Source of the DNA: Octopus bimaculoides
Taxonomy: Eukaryota
Direction of reading: 5' to 3'
DNA: 64,000 nucleotides
Assembly (NCBI RefSeq): GCF_001194135.2
Contig: NC_068997.1
Location: 9,074,262 to 9,138,261 of the forward strand
Shown here: in pieces, positions 12,666-25,942 of the stretch
How positions within the stretch are numbered: the first letter of the stretch is position 1
Layout: each line of letters opens with the position of its first letter
Made by a program: the position numbers and the translations under genes
The notes under the pieces: model-generated
Told to the model about the DNA's origin: nothing
The model's database searches: none
The model's input: the letters and a program-made list of their open reading frames with translations, nothing else

Positions 12666-12701
<36 letters not shown>

Positions 12702-12799
12702 CAGCTTTTTGATTTTCTTAGTGATGCTTATACTTTTTGTCAATATTTACATCCTCTGCTGATGTATATTGGTGGAAGAGGTGGTGTGTGTGTATGTGT

Positions 12800-13200
12800 G
12801 TGTGTGCAGCACTGGCATGGATGCTGTTTATGTGACACCAACACTAATGAGCCTGCAAGATTAGGGATGCTTAGCTGGAGAGGGCTGCAGGGGACGATCC
12901 TGTATGCAAGGGCAACTATGCTTTACTAAACTTGATGTGTCTTTTTAAGCACAGCAAATCACCAGGAGTCTCGGTCTCCTGTCATCCCCTTTGTGAGTAC
13001 CAACATTTATAGATCTTTTCTCACCACTTCATACTATATCTTCCTGGGTCTACCCCTTCCACATGTTCCCTCTACAATTAGAGATTGACACCACTTAATG
13101 CAACTGTCCTCACCCATATGCATCACATGGCCATATCAGTGCAGTCTTCTCTCTTGCGCACTACATCTGATGCTACGTATACTCAGTTTTTCCCTCAGGA
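12800..13200 (-). mobile_element. Older RTE LINE 3' end (ORF2 C-terminus + 3' UTR)
   Basis: QERRLHWYGHVMRMGEDSC...VEGTCGRGRPRKI..EVVRKDL...FAVLKKTHQV*, followed by the family-A-like domain gttggtgtcacataaacagc. Confidence 0.8.
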
Positions 13201-14848
13201 GTGTGAGAAGTGAGTGGTGAATTATGTTAGAAAAATGTTAGCAACTAACACAGTGTATTACTAAAACTATTTACCCATTCATAGAGAAACAAGTTTTGAA
13301 GTGAAAGAGTGAAAAAGATAATGGAAATTAGGGTGTAAGAAGAAATAACAATCTGTGCAATGATCGAATTGCAATGTGAATATTTTTTTTCCTTTTTTTA
13401 AATATATCTTTTATTTCACTCAAAATTCCTCTCATCATAATTTTTTTTATTATTTAGTGATGGTAAGGTGGTGAGTTGGCAGAACTGTCAGCACGTCAGG
13501 TGAAAGGTTTAGCGGTATTTCATCTGCTGCCATGTTCTGAGTTCAAATTCTGTCAAGGTCGACATAATCGACTGTGCCCCACTCCCAAATTTCAGGCCTT
13601 GTGCCTATAATAGAAAGAATTATTTAGTGTTGGTCATTCTAGTTTTTCAACAGCCTTTTATGACTGCAAATAAATGAAATTTCGCAGATAACAACAAGAA
13701 TGGCTGAGAACCTTATAGGTGCAGGTGTGGCTGTGTGGTCAAGACACCTGATTTGTAACGAGATGGCTTGAGGTTGGGTCCCACTGCATAGCACCTTGTG
13801 TAAGTGTCTTCTGCTAAAGCTCCACACAAGACAGCAGCTAAATATGGATATGGATATCTCTGAATAATTAAAATAATGTAAGATTTGTGTGTATGTGTCC
13901 AACTCAACACAAATCAAAAAGTAAAGGCTGAAAGGTTTTTTAAATTTTTCCTATCATTTGGACATTGAGAAAATGTAGACAAAGGACCAGGATTGGCTGA
14001 CTGTTGAATAATGTAAATGCAGATTTAACAGAACACAGTGGGTTGGAAGCAAAACGTAAGGTGAAACAAAACAAGAGGAGTGATAAGCAGAAAGAGGTGT
14101 GAATCAAATGTTTTGAGTGGGAGTGGGAAATATATGGTGGTGGCGATGGTGGAAAGGGGATGGACAAATAACAATAAAAGCATGTATGAGCAGAGAGAGA
14201 GAGAGGTGGTGAGGGAGGAGTGGGAGGCAAGGATATGAAGGTGAGGGGAAAGAGAAAGTCTATTTTTAAAAACCACAAGTGGTTGTGCATGTGTGTGTGT
14301 GTGTGTATACTGTAAGTTATTGATACTTTAATCCTCTCCCTCTCTGTTTATGTGTGCGAGTATCTAGTTATGTTTGTATGTATGTGTGATCCCTTTCTCT
14401 CTTACTCTATCTCTCTATTTGTATGCGTAGGTTTACGTGTGTGTGTGTGTGTATGTGTATTTGCCTCCAGTGCCAAAACATACTATCACCAAAACAGGTT
14501 GATTGTCCAATGAGCCATACCAAATCACTGGATATTCAAACAGACATGCACCGTCATCTCATTCTGAAAAAGATGTGGCATTCATTCATGAGTTTTTCAA
14601 AAGCTTTAGCATTTACTAAACCTAGATACAGAGGAATGAGGAAATGAAAACGAGCAGTGGATTTGTATGACCTACACCATCAGTAAACTACCCGAGAAGG
14701 CACAAAAACTCAGACTTATTTGGGTATGAGAAAAAATTATATTTTTCCCAAAAGAATTTACAAAATGTCAGATGTCTACAAGGAAGTTGAAAGCAGTTTG
14801 GTGAGATCCGTGTGACAGAAGTTGGTTCCAGCTTTACATAAAGAAACC

Positions 14849-15089
14849 TTAACCCTTTAACATTTAAACTGGTTATACTTGGCACATATAACATATATTC
14901 TGTTTTGTGTTCAAACCAGCCTGATCCAGTCTCCCATACCTACTCTACAATGTCATTCTAAAAATGAACAATCACGTCACTGAAATATCAAAGCTATGAG
15001 AATATTCATGATTAATTAAAAACAATTCAAAACAATGTGAATAAATAAAAACTACATTTGATACACTAATCTGAATGATAGAAGGTTAA
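14849..15089 (+). mobile_element. TTAA-flanked MITE (piggyBac-like ends), family P1
   Basis: ttaa-ccctt...aaggt-taa termini; related copies at 46094-46272, 57977-58192, 58921-59393 and partial 26850-26970. Confidence 0.7.
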
Positions 15090-15263
15090 ATCTAATTAAA
15101 CTCCCTTGATTCTGAATTTTAGAATTTTATCATCTGATATTTAAAAAAAAAAAAATGAAGAAAGAAGAAATAAATATCCACGGATTAATTTTGTCATGCA
15201 TGAGAATGAGACATTAGGGTAACGAAAGAAACAAATGGTGAATATATCTTTAGTCATACTTAC

Positions 15264-15511
15264 TTCGTCATCATTCCCAAAGTAGATTCTGTAATATCAT
15301 AGGTTGGCATCACAATGTCTTTTGTTTCATGAGAACCACACCAAGAAAATATCGGATATTTTTGCTTACTTGACTTCTCAGATAATGGCCAGTCACCGAG
15401 GTTGATAAAGAACTCCATATCAGGCAGGATAACTTTGCGAGCCAATGAAAGGAATGGTGTATCAGAAAATATACTAAACCCTGTGTGTTCTCCATAACAC
15501 TTACGGCTCAA
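15264..15511 (-). CDS. KDELC1: KDELC1-like exon 4 (CAP10/GT90 domain)
   Basis: Acceptor TTTCAG|; [17 protein letters not shown]...[15 protein letters not shown]...[24 protein letters not shown]; donor AA|GTAAGT; 248 nt, phase 0 to 2. Confidence 0.95.
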
Positions 15512-16436
15512 CTGAAATAAATGGGAAGAGAATATCATTGTTTGTTGTTATTTCTTTTTTAACAAGTTGAATGCAGCATCAAATATAAAAAAGAAAACTC
15601 TTATCAGAAAAAATTTCAAAATAATCAAAAATCAAAATCAAAAGCAAATCAAGATCGAAATCAAAATGGAAATTGTAGTTGTGGACAATGCCAGTTCCAC
15701 CTGACCAGGAATCGAAACCACAATTGTAAGATTGTGAGTCCAACACCCTAACAACTAAGCCATGTGCCTCCACTACATATATATATATATATGTGTATGT
15801 GTGAATGCGTGCATGCCTGTGTGTGTGTCTGTGTAACATCACCATCATTGAATGTCCTCTTTTCCATGTTAGCATGGATTAAATGGAGTTTGCTGAGGCA
15901 GATTTTCTATGAAAAGATTCCTTTCTTGTCCCCAACTGTTCAAAGTAAGGTAATATTTTCCTACAGATGATGACATATTTTTCACAGAAGACTGGAAACA
16001 AACAACCCCACTTGCATGACGGTGACACTCATTTACAACCATCAAATGATGTTAAAACAAGGGTACACATAAAAACAAACACATCATCATCATTCTCATC
16101 TTCATCTTTGTTTAACAACCATTTTCCATGCTAGCATGGGTGGAATGGTTTGACAGGGGCTGATGGGCCATAAGACCTATGTTTGCTTTAGCATAGTTTC
16201 TACAGCAAGATGACCTTCCTAATGCCAACCCCTTTCACAGAATGTACTGGATGCTTTTTCTCTCTATAAAATCCACTCACAAGGCTTTGGTCAGCTCAGG
16301 GCTACAGTAGAAGACACTTGCCCAAAGTACCTTGCAGTGGGATTGAACCCAGGAGCACATGGTTGGGAAGCTTCTTAATCACACAGCCACACTTCCTCCG
16401 AATATACACACATATATAAAATGCTGTTTTACTTGC

Positions 16437-16651
16437 CTTGTTGTTGATTATTTTGTAATGACAAATACTATGTTGTCCATGTTGATTGAATCTTTTGACT
16501 ATTTTTGGAGCTAATTTTTCCATATTTATTGCATTTTGCCAAATCTTTAAGTCATCATCAATTTGTTTGTATGTTGAAGGACATTCCATTACTTTAAGCC
16601 ATTTGTCAAAATTCAACACTGGACAATAACAATCCTCATGATATGAAGTTC
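16437..16651 (-). CDS. KDELC1: KDELC1-like exon 3
   Basis: Acceptor TTTCAG|; (G)TSYHEDCYCP...SICHYKIINNK matches human YHENCDCP...SLCHYTLKDNK; ends at non-canonical AAG|GCAAGT donor; 215 nt, phase 1 to 0. Confidence 0.9.
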
Positions 16652-19600
16652 CTGAAATACAAAAAATATAAATAAAAATGGAGGAATGAATAACACTGTG
16701 TAACAACATTTTAATTTCTTTTTTTGTCTTTCCTATTTGCTTCCATCGAGAAATCAAAGGAAATGAATACTATTCCTTTCAGACTTTGCTTTTGTGATCT
16801 GGATGTCAATATTTTGAAACTGACCTATTTTCCATTACATTTCAGACAAATTCAACACCAAGTTGCTGAAGCAGAAATATCGTTATAGTAAACGTCCTGC
16901 TAATACCACAGATTTCCTTGTTAGTTGCTTGACCATAACCACTTGAGAATATGCCTTAGTGGCTGACAATATGTCCATCGCTGACCATAAGCAGGAGTAG
17001 TGGGATTATCATAGTCATGTGTTGAAAGGGATTCTTTGGGGTTTGAATAAATATCATAACAAAAGCAAAGTTTGATGGAAATGTTAGCCATTTTCCATAC
17101 TTTCTCGCGGTAAGCGAATAAGAAATAACAGTTATGACCCAAAGACAAAAATTGTGTTACACAGTGTAATTAGTTTGACTAAATTCAATATAATATTGGT
17201 AATTAAGGTGGTGGAATTGTTAACTCACTGGGCCAAATGCTCAGTGACATTTCGTCTGTTTTTAATTTTCCAAGTTCAAATTCCACTGAGATTGACTTTA
17301 CCTTGAATCCTTTCAGGGTCAATAAAATAAGTACCAGTTGAATATTGGGGTTGATGTAATCCACTTACCCCATCCCCTGAGATTGCTGGCCTTGTGCCAT
17401 AATTTGAAACCAATATAATATTGGTACCTGTTGTGAAGGCTGAAAAACCAAGTTAATTCCTGCAAAACAATCTTAGATTATAAACTGTCCTATGAAACTA
17501 ACTACTGTAATCTTTTTTTCCTTCTTTTTTACTCATATCAATCATTGGACTGTGACCATGCTGGAGCAAAACTTTGAAGGGTTTTGGTCAAACAAATTGA
17601 CCTCATAACTTTCTTTTTTTTAAATGCCTGGTACTTAATCTTTCTGTCGCTTTTGTCAAACAACTAGGTTGCAGCAATATAAACAAACCAACACCGGTTG
17701 TTGGGGTACAAATACAAACTTACATGATGGGCTTTGTTCAGTTTCCATCTACCAAATCCCCTCACAAGGCTTTGGTTGACCCAGGGCTATTGCAGAAAAC
17801 GTCTGCCCCAAGTGCCCTGCAGTGGGTTTGAACCCAAGACGAAGTGACTGGAAAGCTAACTTCTTAATCACACTTATGCCTGATGATAGTAATAATAATA
17901 ATGTCTAATTTAGGCACAAGGCCAGTAGTTCTGAAGTGATGCTGATGTTAAGCAGTCACATCAACCTCGGTAACTAATCAGCACTTCATTTTATCAACCA
18001 CAGAAGGGGCAAAAAGCGAAGTTGACCTTGGCAGGATTTGAACCAAAAACATAAAGAACTGGAACAAGTATAGCAAGACGTTTTGTCTGACACTCTAAAT
18101 ATTCTTCCAAGCCATCTTGACAATGATGATGATGATGATGATGATTTCTTTATTAAAAACTAAGAGTTGACAAAAACATTGGAGACATTACAGGATGATA
18201 CAGTGTGAGATACCATAAAGGAGAATGCAAAAAGTAAAATAACAAACACAAAAAAATGATAAACATGATAATGACATTAAACAATGATGATGATGATGAT
18301 GATAATCTGAAATGGAGAACTATTCAATGATAAGGAGTTACAAGTAGAAATATCTAGAATATAGAAATAGAAAACAGAAAAAATCCTCAGAGGAATAGTT
18401 ACCTTTACACTGATAAAACCACTACAAAGTCCAGTTGTTGTGATGTAGTTTGTGTGCCACAATGACCCCGAGAGCTATGCCAGTAGAGCTTGCATTCACT
18501 GACATAGCTAGGGACCTAAGTGTCTCATGGACTTTGGGTAATCAGAACATGAAGTCATTGTTATACAACGACATATTCAAAATTGTAGCCTCATTTTGAT
18601 TATCACAATATTTTGGTTTTTGTGTCATCAGGCCTTTTTCATGTGTCTGTCATATTTGATATGATAATGTTCTCAGAATTTCAAACACAACCCATTATTA
18701 ACATCTTTGGAAATAAATTGTTTTCATTCCAGTATCCATATCAGGGATACAATGAAATGGAACCAATTTACTCCCATGGATTTCACAAAGAAATTCCAAG
18801 AACCAAATATAACAAGTAACTGAGGAGGGCTGGAACATATAATGGCCAAAACATTGTGAACATAGCAAACAAGATGATGTCACTCATCTGAATACAATAG
18901 AGCTTAAAGATGATATTTCTACCTCTCAGAAATTCAGACTTATAGAAATTATAGAATTATTAATTAAAATGAAAGGAATAAGATATTACAAAAAGCTATG
19001 AAATATAGCAAAAAGACACAAAATACTAACAGAAAGAAAAGCTTTTCAACAGCCATTTTCCATGGGCTGGATGGTCTGACAGGATCCGGTGAGCCACAGG
19101 GCTGCACCAAGCTTCAATGTCAACTTTGGCACAATTTCTACAACTGGATGCCCTTCCTAATGCTAATCTCTTTACAGAGTGTACTGGGTGCTTTTTTCAC
19201 ACCAGCAGCACCAGTGAAGTTGACAAGTAACTTGCAAAACAAAAGAATAGGAAGCAAAAAAAAAAAAAAAANNNNNNNNNNNNNNNNNNNNNNNNNNNNN
19301 NNNNNNNNNNNNNNNNNNNNNNGGGGGGGGGGGGAGGCCCTATGCCAGGTGTTGAAAGCCTAAAGTGTGATAGAGAGACAAGCCCAGTTGTTTAGCTTAG
19401 ATATTAAATGATGACAATGTTGTTTTGTTCCAGATCAGTTCTGATTAAATAAACCTATAATCACATGTGCTCCAGCCATGACAGTTCTGTATTTTGTTTT
19501 TTATGTCTATCAAAAATTACATTATCATTGTACATTAACCTGTGTTATCTTTTCAGTGGCAACACCCAATGCAATGAATGTAATCACTATTAATCCAAAA

Positions 19601-19914
19601 ACCAGATAAAAATAGAAGGCATCTATGGTAGCACACCATGTTCTCACTGCTGATAATGCTGCTGCTGATGCCACAGACAATAACAATAATAACGATGATG
19701 ATGATGATTTCAAATTTTGGCACAAGGCCAGCAATTTTGGGCTGTAAGTCGATTACATCGACCCAGTGTTTCACTGGTACATATTTCGTCATCCCTGTGA
19801 TTATAGGTGCATTAGGAACTGTCCCTAAAGATTTGAACAGATGGATAGAGGAAATAGGTATAAAACCTAGTTTAGTGCAGTTCCAGTAAACAGTGATATT
19901 AGGAACAACTAGGA

Positions 19915-20340
19915 TGGAAGCGCTGTGTGTTTCACCCACATGTAAAATTAGAACATTTCACACACCCTCCCCAAATAAACCAAACTACATCTCCCTTTCT
20001 CTTCTTCCTAACATTTCCTCTTTTTCATGCGCTACGCTTATCTCTCCCTTTGCACTCCTGCAGCCCAATCCTGTCCTCACTGCCCTGCCGACTGCATCAT
20101 TGCTACCCTATTGTCTGCCTCAATATATACCCAGGTCTCACCAGTTACTGCATTCTCCCCACTTCCCCCTTCTTTGCATTCATGTGAACTCCCTACTCCT
20201 GCACCTTTAGCAATGCCCTACCATCCAATTTATGTTACCTTGGGAATATACCCCGGCACATTGCCACTATCTCTCTTCCTCTCACTCTTGCTCTCAACCC
20301 TACTCACCACCATTATCATATTAATATCCACTTTTCCATA
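19915..20340 (+). mobile_element. RTE LINE pyrimidine-rich 3' UTR segment
   Basis: Aligns by eye with reverse complement of 52790-52940, which follows an RTE ORF2 end. Confidence 0.6.
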
Positions 20341-20344
20341 CTCT

Positions 20345-20722
20345 CATCATCATCATCATCATCATCATCGTTTAACGTCCGCTTTCCATGCTAGCATGGG
20401 TTGGACGATTTGACTGAGGACTGGTGAAACCGGATGGCAACACCAGGCTCCAATCTAAATTTGGCAGAGTTTCTACAGCTGGATGCCCTTCCTAACGCCA
20501 ACCACTCAGAGAGTGTAGTAGGTGCTTTTACGTGTCACCTGCACGAAGGCCAGTCAGGCGATACTGGCAACGGCCACGCTCGAAATGGTGTCTTTTATGT
20601 GCCACCCACACAAGCCAGTCCAGGGGCACTGGCAACGATCTCGCTCGAAAATCCTACGAAGGCCAGTCAGGCAGTACTGGCAACGGCCACGCTCAAAATG
20701 GTGCATCTTATGTGCCACCCAC
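20345..20722 (-). mobile_element. Young family A (RTE 3' UTR) copy, inverted orientation
   Basis: Reverse complement of the 40416/42066 copies including units; (CAT)n tail at 20345. Confidence 0.85.
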
Positions 20723-21248
20723 ACACAGGTCGAATGAAATTTGTTTAAGCAGATGCCCTTCGTGTGGCCCACCCTCACCTGTCTCCAAGTAAAGGAACAT
20801 TTCCCTGCAACCAGACAAGATTTCAAGGAAGACTGGAAATGAAGAATACTGCTTGCATGAGAATGACACTTGTTTACAGCTATCAAGTGAAGTCAAGACA
20901 AGAACACTGTAATACATACATGCACACACACACACACACACGACAAGTTTCTTTCTACTGAATCATCCACTCACAGGGCTTTGGTCAACTCAGCGTCTAA
21001 GATTCCAGACGTTATAACTGAACCCAAAACTATGTGAGAAACAAACTTCTGACTACACAGCCATGCCTGCACCTACAATGAATAATATAATCCCTGACAA
21101 GCAAAGAGTCAGTATAGTCGCAGCCTGGAATACCTTTTGATCTTATTCTGCACAATCAGGGTGGATTTAGGTCTTAACAACAACAGGAGGTGAACAATAC
21201 AAAAAAATTATAATCTTAGAAATAAGGACTTATCTCATATTTACTTAC

Positions 21249-21451
21249 CGTGAAGGGTGAATGGTGATGAAGAAACATGCTTTCCTTTATGCTTAACGTG
21301 GATTTCAATATCCTTATATGATCTATGTAGACGATACCTCACAATGTAAGATCCATCCTGCCGATCTAAAACATTGAGACCGTACCAAACATGCGTTCCT
21401 TTCACTGATAATGAAACATGAAAAGCTTTTTCACCAACTGATTCTGTAAAA
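21249..21451 (-). CDS. KDELC1: KDELC1-like exon 2 (filamin domain)
   Basis: Not in the ORF track. Acceptor TTCTAG|; (N)FTESVGEKAFHVSLSVKGTHVWYGLNVLDRQDGSYIVRYRLHRSYKDIEIHVKHKGKHVSSSPFTLH(G) matches human VLDRKDGSFIVRYR; donor G|GTAAGT; 203 nt, phase 2 to 1. Confidence 0.92.
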
Positions 21452-23339
21452 CTAGAAAGAAAGACACATTTCAGTTAACTGCATCCACAAACAGTTAAAC
21501 AATCTCTAAAAAAACAAACATAACAAAAAACAATTACCAATACAAAAAAACTAAAGTTATTTCTATATGTTTTCATAGTTTATATTTGTGACTATTTTAA
21601 AAAATAGTACCATATATGCTGGTGCAGGAGATGTGCTTTTTTTATTCTTAAATGTAACAAAAAATTGGGCATGCATCTAATGCAACAGTATTACTGATGG
21701 TATACTGAGTGTATGAGGAAACAATTTAAATCTCATTTTTTCCCCACAAAACGAGTGCCCTTATTCATGAGTACATCTTATTCGCTAAGAAGTTGAGTAA
21801 AGTGTTAAAAACATCATTGACACTAAGATTTATTTTATAACAAAGTCTTAATTCCCAATTAAATTATTTCTCTGTCTTTACTTAATTTTTCAGTTAAGTG
21901 TTTATAGTGTGAGAGACTAGAAGCCAGACTTATTAACAATGAAGTTATTAGAAAAATCATAAATCATAAACACATTTCAAATAATGAATTCTATAACACC
22001 TATTGTTAATTAGTCTTCATGCTTCAAATACGATATTCATATGAGAAGAAAGCAACAAAACTGAAGACTTGTGTGAAGTCTCAAGAAACTTGTACTTTAA
22101 GTTTTAAAAACATGATTGCACACTAACAATAACAATATCTGGTTAGCGGTTGTAGCAGAATTAGTGACACTTGCATTAACATTCCGAAGTGTAAATTCGT
22201 ACCATAGCCACCGAAAATGTGATAGATCAAAGTTTGTGGGTCTCATCAGGAAGCCTTTTCTTTTACAAGTACACTCATGGCTGTATGGTTCACAAGGTGT
22301 GTGGTTAGGGCATTTAGCTCACAATTATAAGGTTGTGAGTTTGATTCCCAGTAATGCACTGTTTCCTTAAGCAAGACACTTTATTTCCCATTGCTCCAGT
22401 GCACTCAGCTGGCAAAAATAAGTAGTACCTGTAATTCAATGGAAGTCTTGTCACATTCAGTGTCACACTGAATCTCTGAGAATTACTTTAAGGGTACGTT
22501 AAGGTGTTTGTGGAGTGCTCAGCCACTTGCACGTTAATTTCATGACTGTTCCATTGGCTGGATCAACTGGGTCCCTCGTCATGGTAACTGATGGAGTGCC
22601 AGTTGTTTCTTTTAATGGTTCACAATCATGTAGATTTTGTTTCAAATTCACTGTGTGCCACTTTGAACATGTGTCCTGAGCTGTAACCTTCTGATGACTA
22701 ATATATTGTGATAAAATTTAGATGGAAATTGTATGAAAGCCTGCGAAACACACACAAGATCCCGTAAGAACCTTATGATTTTTAATTGAATACAACATTG
22801 GCATACAAAAAATATTCAACAAGCTTTATTGCCGAAATGTATAAAACAATATGTAACATATATTCATTAACAACTGTTCATTTAGTCTTGAAAATGATAT
22901 CATCCAAGTACTTTCAAATATTTCACTAACCTACTTGTAACCTAACCTGGAAGTTCTGCATTGTGTATTGTACTGTCTTGAAGTATTATTGTAATTTCAC
23001 TTACATCTGATGTACTAAATGTATGTTTATTTACAGTAATATAAAATGTGACAATGTTTATTATATAAAATTTGTAGTCCTTTGCAAAACTATCATTGTT
23101 TACATTCTTTTATAATTTTATGACAAATAATCAGATATCATGTCAGTTCATAAAAAAAAAAGGTGCTCTATCCTAAAGTGATAACATTTAAATTGACAAT
23201 GATAAAATCAAGATAGACAACAATGTAATCCTGACAGAAGATAATGAAATTGAGGTGGACAATGATGAATTTGAGTTTGGCATTGACAAAGTTGAAGTTG
23301 ATAATGAGGAATTTGAGAGGGAATCTTTGTAAGTGTTTG

Positions 23340-23800
23340 AAGTTGTCAAATACATTCTTCTTCATATCATCTTTTAGCAACTCTTTCAGCTTCAAATAGA
23401 ACTTTCTGGAAATTAAGCTTGGCTATTTCTGTAGTTGTGATGCATCTTTAGATCTGCAATAAACTCAGCCCAATTCAGATTACATATGAATGTAATGAAC
23501 AGATCTGTTTTTCCACAGAAGTGAAAAGGGTTCATTGAATCCCCCAAAATGTTTTTTGTAGAATCTACCATCTCCAATGAAAGTAGAGAGAGGTACAACA
23601 AAGCTACCCATACAGCAATTTGAGTATCACTCTGAACTTGGCTCTTCATGTCTTGTAACATTCTGCTTCTCATTCCTGCTGAAATTTTGGAATCCATTCT
23701 TCAAATTTGCAATAACTATTGACAATGTCCTCTTGTGATAACTTTCCATAGAACTGAAACATTTTAAAACTACTGACTTGATGCATCACTTTATATTCAT
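23340..23800 (-). mobile_element. Helitron Rep/helicase remnant
   Basis: Frameshifted FYGKLSQEDIVNSYCKFE / STFIGDGRFYKKHF / GKTDLFITFICNLNWAEF / RKFYLKLKELLKDDMKKNVF match Helitron motifs LPSSFxGSPRY..YQDAM, GxPDLFITFTCNPxWxEI and ARVFxxKL. Confidence 0.8.
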
Positions 23801-23878
23801 AATAGTTCAGTTGGATAATATTTATTATTATTATTATTATTATTCACATTCAAGAGCATCATACCACAACCTTTCCTT

Positions 23879-24103
23879 TTAACCATTTTGTTACCATATT
23901 TCTGTTGAGATACTCCGTGTTTCTTTCAATTAATTTGAAATATAACAAAGAATTTAATAAAATAATACAGTTATCATTAAGCCAGTGTTAGAACCATATA
24001 TTATGACTAAAGTTTGGTGGAAAATATTAATTCAGAACTTTTGTAAACAGGACATTTGTACCACAAAGCCAGAGATGGTTTCAGCCGGTATCAAAATGGT
24101 CAA
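23879..24103 (+). mobile_element. TTAA-type MITE family P2
   Basis: ttaaccattttgttacc...ggtatcaaaatggtcaa; sister copies at 45364-45594 and partial ~60091-60220. Confidence 0.65.
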
Positions 24104-24160
24104 GGAAAGAAAGAAAAAACAAATGCAAAGGACCATAATCCTGATTCCTGTTGTCTAATA

Positions 24161-24448
24161 CAGGGGTTTTCAAACTTTTTGACTTGCGGACCCCTTTATA
24201 TTTCAGGCTTTACTTTAGGGACTCCCTTATAAACGCTTATGAAATTTATACATAAATATTTGCTTAAAATAACATATATTTTTACATTTATTTATTTAAC
24301 AAATAGGTTTATTGTCAATTAAAAAGATTTCGATTAAAAAACATATATAGAATCAAATTGCCCATAAAAAGTATTTGCTGTCCACAGACCCCCGGTCTTG
24401 TCCTTGCGGACCCCCTGTGGTCCGCGGACCACAGTTTGAAAACCCCTG
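24161..24448. mobile_element. hAT (Charlie-like) MITE
   Basis: Perfect 15-bp TIR CAGGGGTTTTCAAAC/GTTTGAAAACCCCTG; perfect 8-bp TSD GTCTAATA at 24153-24160 and 24449-24456. Confidence 0.92.
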
Positions 24449-24658
24449 GTCTAATACACTGAAAACACTGATCATGTTTACATAAAATGATACCATGCCA
24501 GTATATCCTTTACTATTTGCTCCAAATAGGAAGGCTGCTATTTCAGCAAGTGGAAAGAGCACCATAATTTCTCAAAAATTATGGATTCACAACCTGATTG
24601 ATATGTTGCACATTTACAGCTGCTAAGGGAGATAATAAGGGGTATGCAAATGTGCAAC

Positions 24659-24760
24659 TATCATATTTTCTGGGATATAAGTCACATTTTTCAGACCAAA
24701 ATTTACAGCCCCACCAAAAAACGTAGTTTGAGTTATACAAGACAACTTGGGAGGACCAAA
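24659..24760 (+). mobile_element. pogo-like DNA transposon left-end remnant
   Basis: TA-tcatattttctgggatataagtcac resembles pogo-type TIR ta-ccgtattttccggxxtataagxcgc; no right end seen. Confidence 0.4.
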
Positions 24761-25047
24761 AATTACTTGTGAAATACAGCAGTATTTGGCTAGAGAATGA
24801 CAATGTTTGAATATCACTATACACTACATCAACTTGTATTCTAGAAAATACAATTATCATTGTGTTCATAAGACAAACAGGCTCCGCAGATGTATCAGGT
24901 TCTGTTCATTCAAGTGAAGCCTGATGTACATTCGGTGGCTTGTTTGTATGTTGATATTGTAGAAGTAAACTTAGACAAGGGTTGTTGTTTTATCAGAGAT
25001 AGTTTATAGATCAGGTGACAAGTGAAATGCATCACCTTCAATTCCTC

Positions 25048-25108
<61 letters not shown>

Positions 25109-25942
25109 TACATCATATACACCACCTTTGTTTGAAACTAGATCCTGGTCATAATTTGCTCCACTTCTGAAAATTAATTGCATTCTAAAAGTATTTAGAG
25201 CTGGCTCTTTGTTTTTATTTCTTTTTCCTGTATACATGTAATTTATTTACAACTAGACTTTAAAATAAATGCTGGGGGTAAATTTGTTCAACTAAAATCC
25301 TTTGATGCTGTGCTCCAGCATGACTGCAGTGAAATGGCTGAAATGCATGAGGCCAAAAAGGTTAAAGGTAAAAGATAGCATGCTCCTAGAGGAAAAAACA
25401 ATCAAAAAGAATAACGACATCATGTCATCGATACATATTAATATCTAGGACTCCACTCCACTTCACTCCACAAACACACATACAAACACTTCCACACTTC
25501 TTTGTGAAACAAGTGCGAGAACCGGATTACAGGTCAAATTATTTGAAAGACCAAGGTCAAAACATGACAGACACACAAATTTATGTCTTAATTGTATTAT
25601 TTCCTTTTGTTTTTGTTTTTTGTATTTGTTACATTATTTTGTCTTTTGTGAAATTTTCAACAGAAAACTTGTGATTGTGAGAAGCTTAAGAGTTATTGGT
25701 AATGTCATAAGAAAATGTATATTATGAGAAGTAGTCAGGCAGTGTGGTAAGAAGCTTGCTTCACAACCACATGNNNNNNNNNNGGCAGTGTGGTAAGAAG
25801 CTTGCTTCACAACCACATGGTTCTGGGTTCAGTCCCACTGCATGGCGTCTTGGGCAAGTGTTTTCTATTACAGTCTCAGCCTGACCAAAGCCTTGTAAGC
25901 GGATTTGGTAGAGGGAAACTGAAAGAAGCCCGATATATATAT

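Noticed and set aside
20434-20792. Recurrent ORFs such as MSPARRPVRRYWQRPRSKW / MATPGSNLNLAEF (also at 10.3, 30.1, 40.3 and 42.0 kb)
   Set aside because: Antisense readings of the family A RTE 3' UTR; recurrence reflects repeat copies, not a gene family.
22195-22255. ctgatgagaccc on the minus strand
   Set aside because: No downstream GAAA or stem II closure.
25738-25819. Exact 36-bp direct duplication either side of a 10-N gap
   Set aside because: Signature of unmerged overlapping contig ends, not biology.
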